From NCBI GenBank assembly GCA_020630615.1, contig JAHDBA010000013.1, forward strand, positions 4,994-68,993: a stretch of 64,000 nt of DNA. The letters run 5' to 3'. A program made the position numbers and the translations under genes. Position 1 is the first letter of the stretch, and every line of letters begins with the position of its first letter. The notes under the pieces were generated by a model that worked only from the letters and a program-made list of their open reading frames with translations, had not been told where the DNA came from and did not search any database. Of this stretch, positions 18,145 through 26,194 are shown piece by piece. This stretch comes from Myxococcota bacterium. GTDB taxonomy: Bacteria; Myxococcota; UBA727; JAHDBA01.

Positions 18145-18178
18145 CATACAAACGTGTCCGATATTGAAGCGTTAAAAT

Positions 18179-18793
18179 TTAAACGCCACCATCAAGCTCA
18201 TCTTGCCATTTCTTGAGCTCATCCCATTTACCATCCGCCGCCATTTCAGCTTGCTTTGGCCAGGTGCCTGGGTTGTGCATTCGGTAACGAGGACCTGCTT
18301 CTTCCAAGTAGCCTTTAATCGTTTCTGCAGTCGAATCAGCGAGTTGACGGAAAGTATTCACGCCATTCTCATTAAGAATTCCTGCGATCTTTGGCCCGAT
18401 GCCCTCAACTTTCGTGAGGTCGTCTTTAACATCGGTCGCTGCAGGAGCAGCAACTTTAGTGCTCTCTTTCTTTTTGGCTGGTGTACTCTTTTTCGGACTC
18501 GGCTTTTTAGCCTCTGCCTTGGGTACCACTTTATCTTGACCAATTGGGTAGACACTCGCTTTCTTGTGGCTTTTGCCTACACGCTCAAAACGAACTGTTC
18601 CCTCAATCAATGCAAAAAGCGTGTGATCTTTACCAACACCAACATTGTTACCAGGTCGAATCTTTGTTCCACGCTGACGTACAAGAATCATACCCGCTTT
18701 TGCAAATTGACCATCAGCGCGTTTCACGCCAAGGTATTTAGGGTTTGAATCGCGACCGTTACGGGTAGAACCCTGTCCTTTCTTATGTGCCAT
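18179..18793 (-). CDS. rpmA: 50S ribosomal protein L27 fused to a C-terminal K/P/A-rich linker and a helix-hairpin-helix domain
   Basis: Residues 1-86 are canonical L27 ([25 protein letters not shown]...[23 protein letters not shown]). Residues ~87-204 are an extra [23 protein letters not shown] linker plus [27 protein letters not shown]...[23 protein letters not shown]. Confidence 0.9.
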   Translation of the reverse strand: MAHKKGQGSTRNGRDSNPKYLGVKRADGQFAKAGMILVRQRGTKIRPGNNVGVGKDHTLFALIEGTVRFERVGKSHKKASVYPIGQDKVVPKAEAKKPSPKKSTPAKKKESTKVAAPAATDVKDDLTKVEGIGPKIAGILNENGVNTFRQLADSTAETIKGYLEEAGPRYRMHNPGTWPKQAEMAADGKWDELKKWQDELDGGV

Positions 18794-18807
18794 GATAAAC
18801 TCCTAGA

Positions 18808-19143
18808 TTAAGCAGAAATGCTTTTCACATGTACAATCGTCATCAACTGACGATGGCCTTGTTTCTTGTGGTAGCCCTGACGACGGCGTTTTTTGAAAAC
18901 AATAATCTTCTTGTCCTTAAAGCCTTCGCCCTCTTCTCCGTTATCGAAAACTGAGCAAACGACTTTTGCACCTGATACTTTAGGTGCGCCAACTTTGACC
19001 TGGTCTCCACTCTTTACAAGAAGAATGTCGTCAAAAACGATTTCATCGCCTTTTGTTTTTCCATGGATGAAATCAACTTTGACTCGATCACCTTCGCTAA
19101 CACGGTACTGCTTACCGCCTGCGACAAATACTGCATAACTCAT
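18808..19143 (-). CDS. rplU: 50S ribosomal protein L21
   Basis: 111 aa: MSYAVFVAGGKQYRV.EGD...KKRRRQGYHKKQGHRQ. Lies 14 nt upstream of rpmA. Confidence 0.95.
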   Translation of the reverse strand: MSYAVFVAGGKQYRVSEGDRVKVDFIHGKTKGDEIVFDDILLVKSGDQVKVGAPKVSGAKVVCSVFDNGEEGEGFKDKKIIVFKKRRRQGYHKKQGHRQLMTIVHVKSISA

Positions 19144-19263
19144 TTTATACCTCGCTTTAAAGACGACAAAAACGGCGATGCCAAGACGAATCTTGCTTCG
19201 GGTTCGTGCCGTAGCGTTTGGGTTGCCCCTTGATCACTATGACCAAAGCGGATTTCACACTTT

Positions 19264-19608
19264 TCACTCCACGATGTCAATAACCTCAAGATCAGTATCG
19301 CCCACAATATATGCCTTGAAAATTTCCCACTCATGGCTCTTAAAGGAGTAACGTTCATTGGAACTCTCGCCCAGAAAAGTAACAATCACATCACCACTTG
19401 TGCTGTGGACGCGACAGGGAGCCTTTTGGACCTGGATTTTCGCCTTTAAATGCCGGAGCCGGCGAACCTGGCTAAAAACGCTCCGCTTTTGTGCATCGCG
19501 ATATAAATCAGGAAAACGGTTTCGACTCGGAAGTGCCTTGTCCAAGTCAAGTATCTCTTGAACTTGCATGAGAATATCAACATTCTCAATATTGCGTTGC
19601 TTTAACAC
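19264..19608 (-). CDS. hypothetical protein
   Basis: 114-aa ORF upstream of rplU on the same strand. No motif recognised. Confidence 0.4.
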   Translation of the reverse strand: MLKQRNIENVDILMQVQEILDLDKALPSRNRFPDLYRDAQKRSVFSQVRRLRHLKAKIQVQKAPCRVHSTSGDVIVTFLGESSNERYSFKSHEWEIFKAYIVGDTDLEVIDIVE

Positions 19609-19635
19609 TATATTTTAAGAACCTTCGATCTCAAT

Positions 19636-21255
19636 CTACAACGAAAAAATAATTGCCCGGAGCAGCTCGGTTGCATCCTCACCGTTTTCTGAATCATTGT
19701 GAAGCGAGGTAAAGATGACGCGCCCGCCCTGTGTACCATTGGGACGATATTCAAAGACCAAAGGTACGGCAGTCTTCGTGGCTCGCTGGTCTACAACTTG
19801 GCATGCACCCTCAAAATCATCACAACAGTTACCACGATCAAGACAATAGGCATTGCACTGGCACGAAGCACCAGGAACAACCGAACCACAGGCGCCACTG
19901 CACTCACCATAACCAAAATCATCGTCTTCACATAACGCCATATAGTCCGAGCAACAATTACCAAACTGAGAACAACGATCGTTACATTGACACGAATCGC
20001 TTGGGTTGTAGTCGTCTCCGCAACGACCCTGACAGGAACCGCGACCGTCATCGACAAAGGAATCAACGCCTGAAAGGACCTCTCCTTCAATTTCAATATC
20101 CGCTTCGACGAGAACACGTGTATTCTCACCCAAAGACTTTGCAAGCGCAACTCGACTGTCATGCAGCTCTAAACTTAAAGAATTTGAACCGATTAATAAT
20201 GATGTTGACTCGTCAACGACGCGACCACTAAGCATTTGAGAGTTTGCAACCTCAGCCGCATTGAAGGTCTCATCATCTCCGTACCAACTCGCTGCCGTTG
20301 GAAACATCGTTTCCATCAAATCATACGACCAATCCGAAAAATAGATGGAACCACCTTCATCCACAAATTTTCGAAGATTATCCCGGACCTGTAGCAACTC
20401 ACTAAATCCGATATGATCACCGGTGATCGCCCATTCATGGGCACCACAATTGATAAAAAGAATATCGTAATCTTTGAAGGCTTCGTAATCTGCAAACTCA
20501 CTAGCAAGCCAGCTTTGCTGTGTAGCGTCTCGATATGCTTCGCCATGGTTTGTTTGGACAACTTCAAACTCGTTTGCATCAAAACCAAGCTGGATCAACA
20601 CATCTTCGATAGAATCATGACCGTCATAAACACGCATATTAAGGTCGGGATCCCATTCACAAGAGTTGACTTCGCCCAAGTCGACACCCGACGAAGCAAC
20701 AACCACGTCATCAACGGTTGTTGAGAACGAGCCGCGTTCAATACGTAAAGTATAGGTGCCAGCCTCGAGCGGCCCAAGAACAAAAGATCCATCGTTTTCA
20801 GTTAGGGTCTCAATCACTTCAACCTGAGTCCCCTCAACAATCTCAACAAAGACACGTGCGCCTCCCAGACCTTCGTCACTGTTTGGGGCGCAAACCTTTC
20901 CTTGCACTGCACTTTCAATGACTTCCGGTGGAGGCGGAATCTGACTGATCACATCATCGCTACACGAGCAGGACTGCGCTAATGCAACGAGAGCCAACAT
21001 AAGACAATGTGACGAAGCACCCTCGAAAAGATTCACCCGGACTTTGTTGAAGATTCGGTTTAGTAAGGGATAAAAATTGCGGTCGGTCGAGAGCTTAAAA
21101 ATCATACAGTGAGCATAGTGAACAACATCATTATGACAAGGCAGCTTCACTAAGGATTCGGCAATATTGAACGATATTTTTTGACCAAAAATAGAGCCGA
21201 AAATGCGTGATTCGGGGTTGTTTTTAGCCATGGGACCTCCACAATCCTGGGCCAT
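19636..21255 (-). CDS. secreted protein with a carboxypeptidase-regulatory-like beta domain, a GATase1/ThuA-like domain, and two inserted somatomedin-B-like modules
   Basis: A long ORF whose true start is probably internal: a hydrophobic signal HCLMLALVALAQSCSC lies ~90 codons in, and ATG 21105 or GTG 21036 are candidates. GARVFVEIVEGTQVEVIETLTENDGSFVLGPLEAGTYTLRI is CarboxypepD_reg-like. The SMB modules are at 19801..20037. Confidence 0.75.
   Translation of the reverse strand: MAQDCGGPMAKNNPESRIFGSIFGQKISFNIAESLVKLPCHNDVVHYAHCMIFKLSTDRNFYPLLNRIFNKVRVNLFEGASSHCLMLALVALAQSCSCSDDVISQIPPPPEVIESAVQGKVCAPNSDEGLGGARVFVEIVEGTQVEVIETLTENDGSFVLGPLEAGTYTLRIERGSFSTTVDDVVVASSGVDLGEVNSCEWDPDLNMRVYDGHDSIEDVLIQLGFDANEFEVVQTNHGEAYRDATQQSWLASEFADYEAFKDYDILFINCGAHEWAITGDHIGFSELLQVRDNLRKFVDEGGSIYFSDWSYDLMETMFPTAASWYGDDETFNAAEVANSQMLSGRVVDESTSLLIGSNSLSLELHDSRVALAKSLGENTRVLVEADIEIEGEVLSGVDSFVDDGRGSCQGRCGDDYNPSDSCQCNDRCSQFGNCCSDYMALCEDDDFGYGECSGACGSVVPGASCQCNAYCLDRGNCCDDFEGACQVVDQRATKTAVPLVFEYRPNGTQGGRVIFTSLHNDSENGEDATELLRAIIFSL
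19801..20037 (-). other. two tandem somatomedin-B-like cysteine modules (domain-level feature)
   Basis: CQGRCGDDYNPSDSCQCNDRCSQFGNCCSDYMALC and CSGACGSVVPGASCQCNAYCLDRGNCCDDFEGAC. Both fit C-x-C-x(3)-C-x(5)-C-C-x-[DN]-[FY]-x(3)-C. Confidence 0.75.
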
Positions 21256-21270
21256 CTTATGGAGATCATC

Positions 21271-21996
21271 ATGAGTTCATTACGCACAGACGGACGACAA
21301 GCGAACGAAGCACGCGAGATATCGTTTCAAACGCACTACATTAAGCACCATCCGGGAAGCGTTCTTGTGAGTTTTGGCGACACCAAGGTTTTGTGCGCTT
21401 GCACAGTCGAGAAGCGTGTCCCCCCCTTTCGTCTTGATTCTGGCGGGGGTTGGCTCACCGCGAGTTATGATATGCTCCCCGCTGCGACTCATGATAGGCG
21501 CCGACGATCGAATAAAGGTCCGGATGGTCGTGCGACAGAGATTCAGCGTCTCATTGGCCGTGCGCTTCGAAACGTAGTGAACTTTGATGTTATGGGCCAA
21601 AAAACCTTTCATGTTGACTGCGACGTAATTCAAGCAGATGGTGGTACGCGTACGGCAGCGATTACTGGAGGCTGGGTAGCGTTGGCGCTTGCTGCACGTG
21701 ATCAAATCGCGAAAGGCAAAATGAAATGTACTTTTGAGCAATTGGTTCATACGCAAGTTGCTGCCCTCTCGCTTGGGATCCATTCAGGGAGTGTGTACAG
21801 CGATCTGTGCTATAAAGAGGACGTTGCAGTCGATACCGACTTTAACTTGGTTGGACGCAGCGATGGAGCGTTAATCGAGCTTCAAGGTACTGCGGAAGGC
21901 GAGGCAATGACCCGAGAACAAATTAATGTTCTTCTGGATCAAGGCCAATCCAATCTGAACTCGATCTTTGATTTGCAACGCCAGGCTATCGCGTAA
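21271..21996 (+). CDS. rph: ribonuclease PH
   Basis: ATG 21271 has GGAGA 5 nt upstream. Motifs: RTDGRQANEAR, GSVLVSFGDTKVLC, GWLTASYDMLPAATHDR, GRATEIQRLIGRALR, DCDVIQADGGTRTAAITG. Confidence 0.93.
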   Translation: MSSLRTDGRQANEAREISFQTHYIKHHPGSVLVSFGDTKVLCACTVEKRVPPFRLDSGGGWLTASYDMLPAATHDRRRRSNKGPDGRATEIQRLIGRALRNVVNFDVMGQKTFHVDCDVIQADGGTRTAAITGGWVALALAARDQIAKGKMKCTFEQLVHTQVAALSLGIHSGSVYSDLCYKEDVAVDTDFNLVGRSDGALIELQGTAEGEAMTREQINVLLDQGQSNLNSIFDLQRQAIA

Positions 21997-22021
21997 AAGA
22001 GCGAAGCTCTCATTACCTCTC

Positions 22022-22702
22022 ATGCAAATTCTACTTGCAAGTCAGAACAAGAAAAAGGCACTTGAGCTTGAAAGGTCCTTTCCCAATTCCTCGGTTTATA
22101 GTCTCAACGATGTCGGGCTTGGCGATCTCGAAATCGTTGAAGATGGCCAAAGTTTTGAAGCCAACGCTGAGCTGAAAGTTGATGGCGTTCTCAATGGTCT
22201 GAAGATGCAAGACCGAAATCACCACATCGATCTTGTTCTTGCCGATGATAGTGGTCTCTGTGTAGACGCGCTTCAGGGTTCGCCGGGAATCTACTCGGCC
22301 AGACTTGCGGAGCAACACCCACTTCTCGCTCAGAGAATAAGCACTTTAGAGATGTCGGACACAACAGATCGTGATGCCCTCAACAATGGGGTCCTTTTGG
22401 AGCTCTTGAAGAATGTATCCGATCGCAAGGCATTCTTTTATTGTGCGCTTTGCGTTGGCTTTACCCATAGCAACGAACGTTTTTTTGTATCAGGGCGCGT
22501 GGATGGAGCTATCGGATCGATGGCAAAGGGAGTGAAGGGCTTTGGCTATGACCCACTCTTTGTTCCAAATGCTTTTCCGGAGCTTCGAATGGCGGAGCTA
22601 AGTGCCGAGCAGAAAGACTCCATTTCGCACCGCGGTCATGCTCTTCAGGCTCTTAAAACTTTGCTCAAAGCGCAACTTGGCCCCCTCGCACCTCTCGACT
22701 AA
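22022..22702 (+). CDS. rdgB: non-canonical purine NTP pyrophosphatase (RdgB/HAM1 family)
   Basis: Starts at ATG 22022 (MQILLASQNKKKALE). Motifs: ADDSGLCVDAL.G.PG.YSAR, GFGYDPLF, SHRGHAL. The rph-rdgB adjacency is common. Confidence 0.85.
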   Translation: MQILLASQNKKKALELERSFPNSSVYSLNDVGLGDLEIVEDGQSFEANAELKVDGVLNGLKMQDRNHHIDLVLADDSGLCVDALQGSPGIYSARLAEQHPLLAQRISTLEMSDTTDRDALNNGVLLELLKNVSDRKAFFYCALCVGFTHSNERFFVSGRVDGAIGSMAKGVKGFGYDPLFVPNAFPELRMAELSAEQKDSISHRGHALQALKTLLKAQLGPLAPLD

Positions 22703-22711
22703 GCTACAACT

Positions 22712-23173
22712 ATGAACACTTTGCGAAGCCAACTTTTAACAAGCCCACTGCGCCGAAGACAGCTTATTGAAGAATGCGGTGTGATTGTCCGTGACGAAGC
22801 GAAGGACATTCCAGGTTTGAAGGGAAAGATCATTCAAGGTGCCCTCAAAGCTGCGTCAAAGGTTCTACCGCGTGGGGTTGAAGATATCTTGGACAACTTG
22901 ATTGACTCCTTTGTCGATCAACTCGAGCCGAACTACTTTGCGCACCGTAACGCCGGTGGAGATGCGCTTTCATTTTGTAAGACCCTATCTGGGAATATTG
23001 ATTCTACAGCCGAAGTTCTTTTGGGCGTTTGTGATGATAAAATTGAAGCGCGTGCAGCTCGAAGTCTAAAACCCATCTATTCGCGATTGCGCCCTGGGGC
23101 AAAGCCCTATGTGGTTAAGGGCCTACCCAGAATATTGAGCGTCGTGGAGCGGCACCTGCGCGAATCCGAATAA
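22712..23173 (+). CDS. hypothetical protein
   Basis: 153-aa ORF 9 nt after rdgB. No motif recognised by eye. Confidence 0.5.
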   Translation: MNTLRSQLLTSPLRRRQLIEECGVIVRDEAKDIPGLKGKIIQGALKAASKVLPRGVEDILDNLIDSFVDQLEPNYFAHRNAGGDALSFCKTLSGNIDSTAEVLLGVCDDKIEARAARSLKPIYSRLRPGAKPYVVKGLPRILSVVERHLRESE

Positions 23174-23203
23174 ACTCCAAGACACAACAAAAAAGCCTCT
23201 CTC

Positions 23204-23566
23204 ATGAATCAACACTCAACATTTTTCACATCCATATCGCTCCGAAGAAAACCACTAAGGCTTAGCGAGGCGACGCTCTGCGAACCTGGAATCTTTGAGG
23301 AAGCTCACATTGACTTTTCGAAACTTGTTCGTGCGGAACAAGATGAGGTGAATAAAATATTCATGCAGCTCCTCAAGCACCACAATCGAGAAGAGCTTCT
23401 CAGCTCGGCTGATTCCCTTGATTTTGCCCTAGGTGATGAGGGTCAACTGACGCTTCAAACAGACTCGAAGCAAACCTTAGTCTTTGAAGGTGATGACGCA
23501 GATTCGAGTGCATTACTCAATGAGCTTTTGGCGTGGGTTTATGGCATTGCCGACGTGCGTCGTTGA
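23204..23566 (+). CDS. hypothetical acidic protein
   Basis: 120-aa ORF. No motif recognised. Confidence 0.45.
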   Translation: MNQHSTFFTSISLRRKPLRLSEATLCEPGIFEEAHIDFSKLVRAEQDEVNKIFMQLLKHHNREELLSSADSLDFALGDEGQLTLQTDSKQTLVFEGDDADSSALLNELLAWVYGIADVRR

Positions 23567-23623
23567 TATGTTTTCGGGCAAGCACAGTCCCGGAACAAAA
23601 AGTTGAACTCGGTTGCAAGTGGA

Positions 23624-24010
23624 TTAGCGACGCCGGCGCGAGCGTACTGCAGCTTGTTGCAGTTCTTCCAGTTCTTTGAGCTCTTCAACGTCACGCCCGG
23701 GCTCAAGCCCCGTTGCAATCGACTCAAGAATATCAACCCGCTTGCCCAACGTCTTGTTCTCTTGCCGGAGTATACCAATCTCAGTTTGCAACTCTTCAAT
23801 AAAGCCAGGTGCAAGTGATGCAGATGCTTGCCTCGCGTTCATCTCTTTGGCACGTAAATATGTTCGAGAAACAATGGATGCGATCGGCCAGGCAACTATT
23901 GCAAGTATAATGAGTGCTACGGTCATATGTTGCTTTCTAGTCGCTCCTACCCGATTTAGCAATCTTTGATGGAACAACATTAATACCCAACACGACAAAA
24001 CCGAGCCCAT
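23624..24010 (-). CDS. small membrane protein with a C-terminal coiled coil (PspB-like architecture)
   Basis: The probable start is Met at 23926 (MTVALIILAIVAWPIASIV TM), followed by EELQTEIGILRQENKTLGKRVDILESI. The architecture recalls phage-shock protein B, but the assignment is weak. Confidence 0.4.
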   Translation of the reverse strand: MGSVLSCWVLMLFHQRLLNRVGATRKQHMTVALIILAIVAWPIASIVSRTYLRAKEMNARQASASLAPGFIEELQTEIGILRQENKTLGKRVDILESIATGLEPGRDVEELKELEELQQAAVRSRRRR

Positions 24011-24051
24011 GGGCTCGGCACTTCACTCCTTGAAAAGTGAACCAATCGACT

Positions 24052-25962
24052 TTATGGAAGTTCCGTAAAGAACAAATCATAAAGCCCCTCTTGACCACTC
24101 AAGCCTTCCACGCGGATCCAAAATCGTTCCCCATCGTCAAGCTCACTCAACGCGACCGTACATTGCACGAACCCAAAACCGTCACCACCAGCATCTGAGA
24201 AACCTTGACAATTGGCACCTGAACTTTGCGTTGTAAAATCTGGGCCTAAAATCGACAATGCGGGTGTGAAAGGAAGCAGGTTTTGTAGCAACTTTGGTAC
24301 CAGTGTCACTTCGAGAACCTGAGGGTTGGCTGCACTGCGGCCTTGCGTATCCACGAGAAAGGCCATTAAATCCAAGTGACCTTCACCAAGCCACTCCTCG
24401 CTAACAACCGGCCAACTCGCAACATCGGGTTGAATCACCAGATCGTGGAAATCATCAATTCCTTGACCGTCATCATAAACGTCTTCGGTTGGCATACACC
24501 GTGGTGCACCATCATTGATCGTTAAACACATTGCGATTGGAGCTGCAGCAAACCCAAACTCAGCGCCAGGTGTTGGACAATTTGATTCATAAAAATCATC
24601 GTTCGAGTTGCAAGTTGGGGCACAATATTGGGCACCACCCAAAGCTGGGAATGATACGCATTGCATAATTCCGCCACAATCATCGTTCGTTTCACACCAA
24701 CTATAAGCCTCTTTGGGCGTACAATCGTTATCATCGCTTGGCAGTGTTGTTTCGCTAAAGCAACAGCCATCGTTATCAATAGCATCGGTAATCACGAAAC
24801 CTTGGATACACTCAGCCTGACATGTTCCGGCATTGGCAACAACAAAGCCTTGGCATGCGTCTGCAATCGGCCCTGGGGTTGCGGAGCATTCGCTCTCGGT
24901 TACACATGAGCCTAGTTGACCTGCCGGGATCGCAACATCACATGTTTCTCCTGAGTCCAAGATGCCGTTTCCACAACTCGGTTGTAGCGCAAGACAATTT
25001 GGGTCCTCAGCATTGGTAAGCCCTGTAGGACAACATCCATCGCTTCCGTCGTCTGCTACATCAATTACCAAGACTGCACACTCCACATCACAACTTGAAG
25101 CGTCTCCAGTCGCAAACCCTACGCGACAAGAATCGCTAGGGTCAGGGTTGGGGCATGTGTCAGGGCAACTAGGTCCACTCACTGCATTCGCCTCGCAAAG
25201 TTCTCCTGGCTCAACAAAGCCATTTCCACAAAGTGATGGACAATCCGAGTCTTCTGAAGCACTCCCACCAAGGCAACATCCATCACCACTTGACGATGTC
25301 GTCATCGGCGTATTCGTGCATAGCGCTGTACATGCGTCTCCATCTGTCGTTGAAATACTATCCAAAGTGCAAGGATCACCATCGTCACAGTCCGCTACAA
25401 CGGGGCAAGCACCACTTTGGCCAATAGTGATTGCGGTATCGCATCGCTCGCCAGCGCCAAGTGTTCCATCACCACAGGATGCCGCACAATCGTTGTCGTT
25501 TGTACCATCCGCACTCGCTGGACAACAACCATCATCGTTCGCCGGAGAGCTTATAATGTTACGTACACAATAGCCAGTGCACGGGTTCCCTTCTTCACTT
25601 TCAACCCACTCCGCATTTTGACACGTTCCGTTTGATGTACATTCGTCTTGAGCCGAGCATTGGGCTGACGGATTCGTCGCAGCAATATCACAAACCTCCC
25701 CGGGATCGCGCACGCCATTGCCACACAATGGGAATTCATCGGGATTCGGTCCCGGTGGAGTTAAATCGTCGCTTTCATCCGTCCCTGTATTCTCATTTTC
25801 AAAGGCATTAAGACCCGCGTCTTCTTTACACGCACCCAGTCCAGAAATTAAGGAGATTACAAGGGCGAGACCGCCAAGGTTCCGACGACTTGCGCGAAAT
25901 TTTCGCGTCCGCATCGTAGTCTTTGACGCAAGAGTGTCCTGAAAAGATGTTTCCAATGTCAT
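24052..25962 (-). CDS. cysteine-rich repeat lipoprotein (DUF4215-type repeats) with a distinct C-terminal module
   Basis: ATG 25962 has GGAGGA 6 nt upstream. Signal/lipobox LALVISLISGLGAC. Repeats: CGNGVRDPGEVCD, CGDGTLGAGERCD, CGNGFVEPGELCE, CGNGILDSGETCD. The C-terminal ~170 aa is Cys-poor (FWIRVEGLSGQEGLYDLFF), possibly pre-peptidase-C-terminal-like. Confidence 0.78.
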   Translation of the reverse strand: MTLETSFQDTLASKTTMRTRKFRASRRNLGGLALVISLISGLGACKEDAGLNAFENENTGTDESDDLTPPGPNPDEFPLCGNGVRDPGEVCDIAATNPSAQCSAQDECTSNGTCQNAEWVESEEGNPCTGYCVRNIISSPANDDGCCPASADGTNDNDCAASCGDGTLGAGERCDTAITIGQSGACPVVADCDDGDPCTLDSISTTDGDACTALCTNTPMTTSSSGDGCCLGGSASEDSDCPSLCGNGFVEPGELCEANAVSGPSCPDTCPNPDPSDSCRVGFATGDASSCDVECAVLVIDVADDGSDGCCPTGLTNAEDPNCLALQPSCGNGILDSGETCDVAIPAGQLGSCVTESECSATPGPIADACQGFVVANAGTCQAECIQGFVITDAIDNDGCCFSETTLPSDDNDCTPKEAYSWCETNDDCGGIMQCVSFPALGGAQYCAPTCNSNDDFYESNCPTPGAEFGFAAAPIAMCLTINDGAPRCMPTEDVYDDGQGIDDFHDLVIQPDVASWPVVSEEWLGEGHLDLMAFLVDTQGRSAANPQVLEVTLVPKLLQNLLPFTPALSILGPDFTTQSSGANCQGFSDAGGDGFGFVQCTVALSELDDGERFWIRVEGLSGQEGLYDLFFTELP

Positions 25963-26194
25963 GTGTATTCCTCCAACGGGGTCGAGATAAAACCCGACAC
26001 GATAAAACTTTAACAGGTTATAGAGTACACGAGGAGTGAACTTGAACATCGGGACAATGACCGATACGGGCGCCAAAACATCGTTCGTCGCAAAGGACAA
26101 TCATAACACTATCATCACACCTCAAGCGCGATAGCAAGGTCCGCCAACGTGCAATGAAACTGGACCTCTCCGGGCTCCAGGCCTAACCTTTGTT

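Noticed and set aside
15268-18178. The insertion between rpmA and obg as a genomic island or mobile element
   Set aside because: There is no integrase, transposase, tRNA target or flanking direct repeats. It is retained only as a synteny observation.
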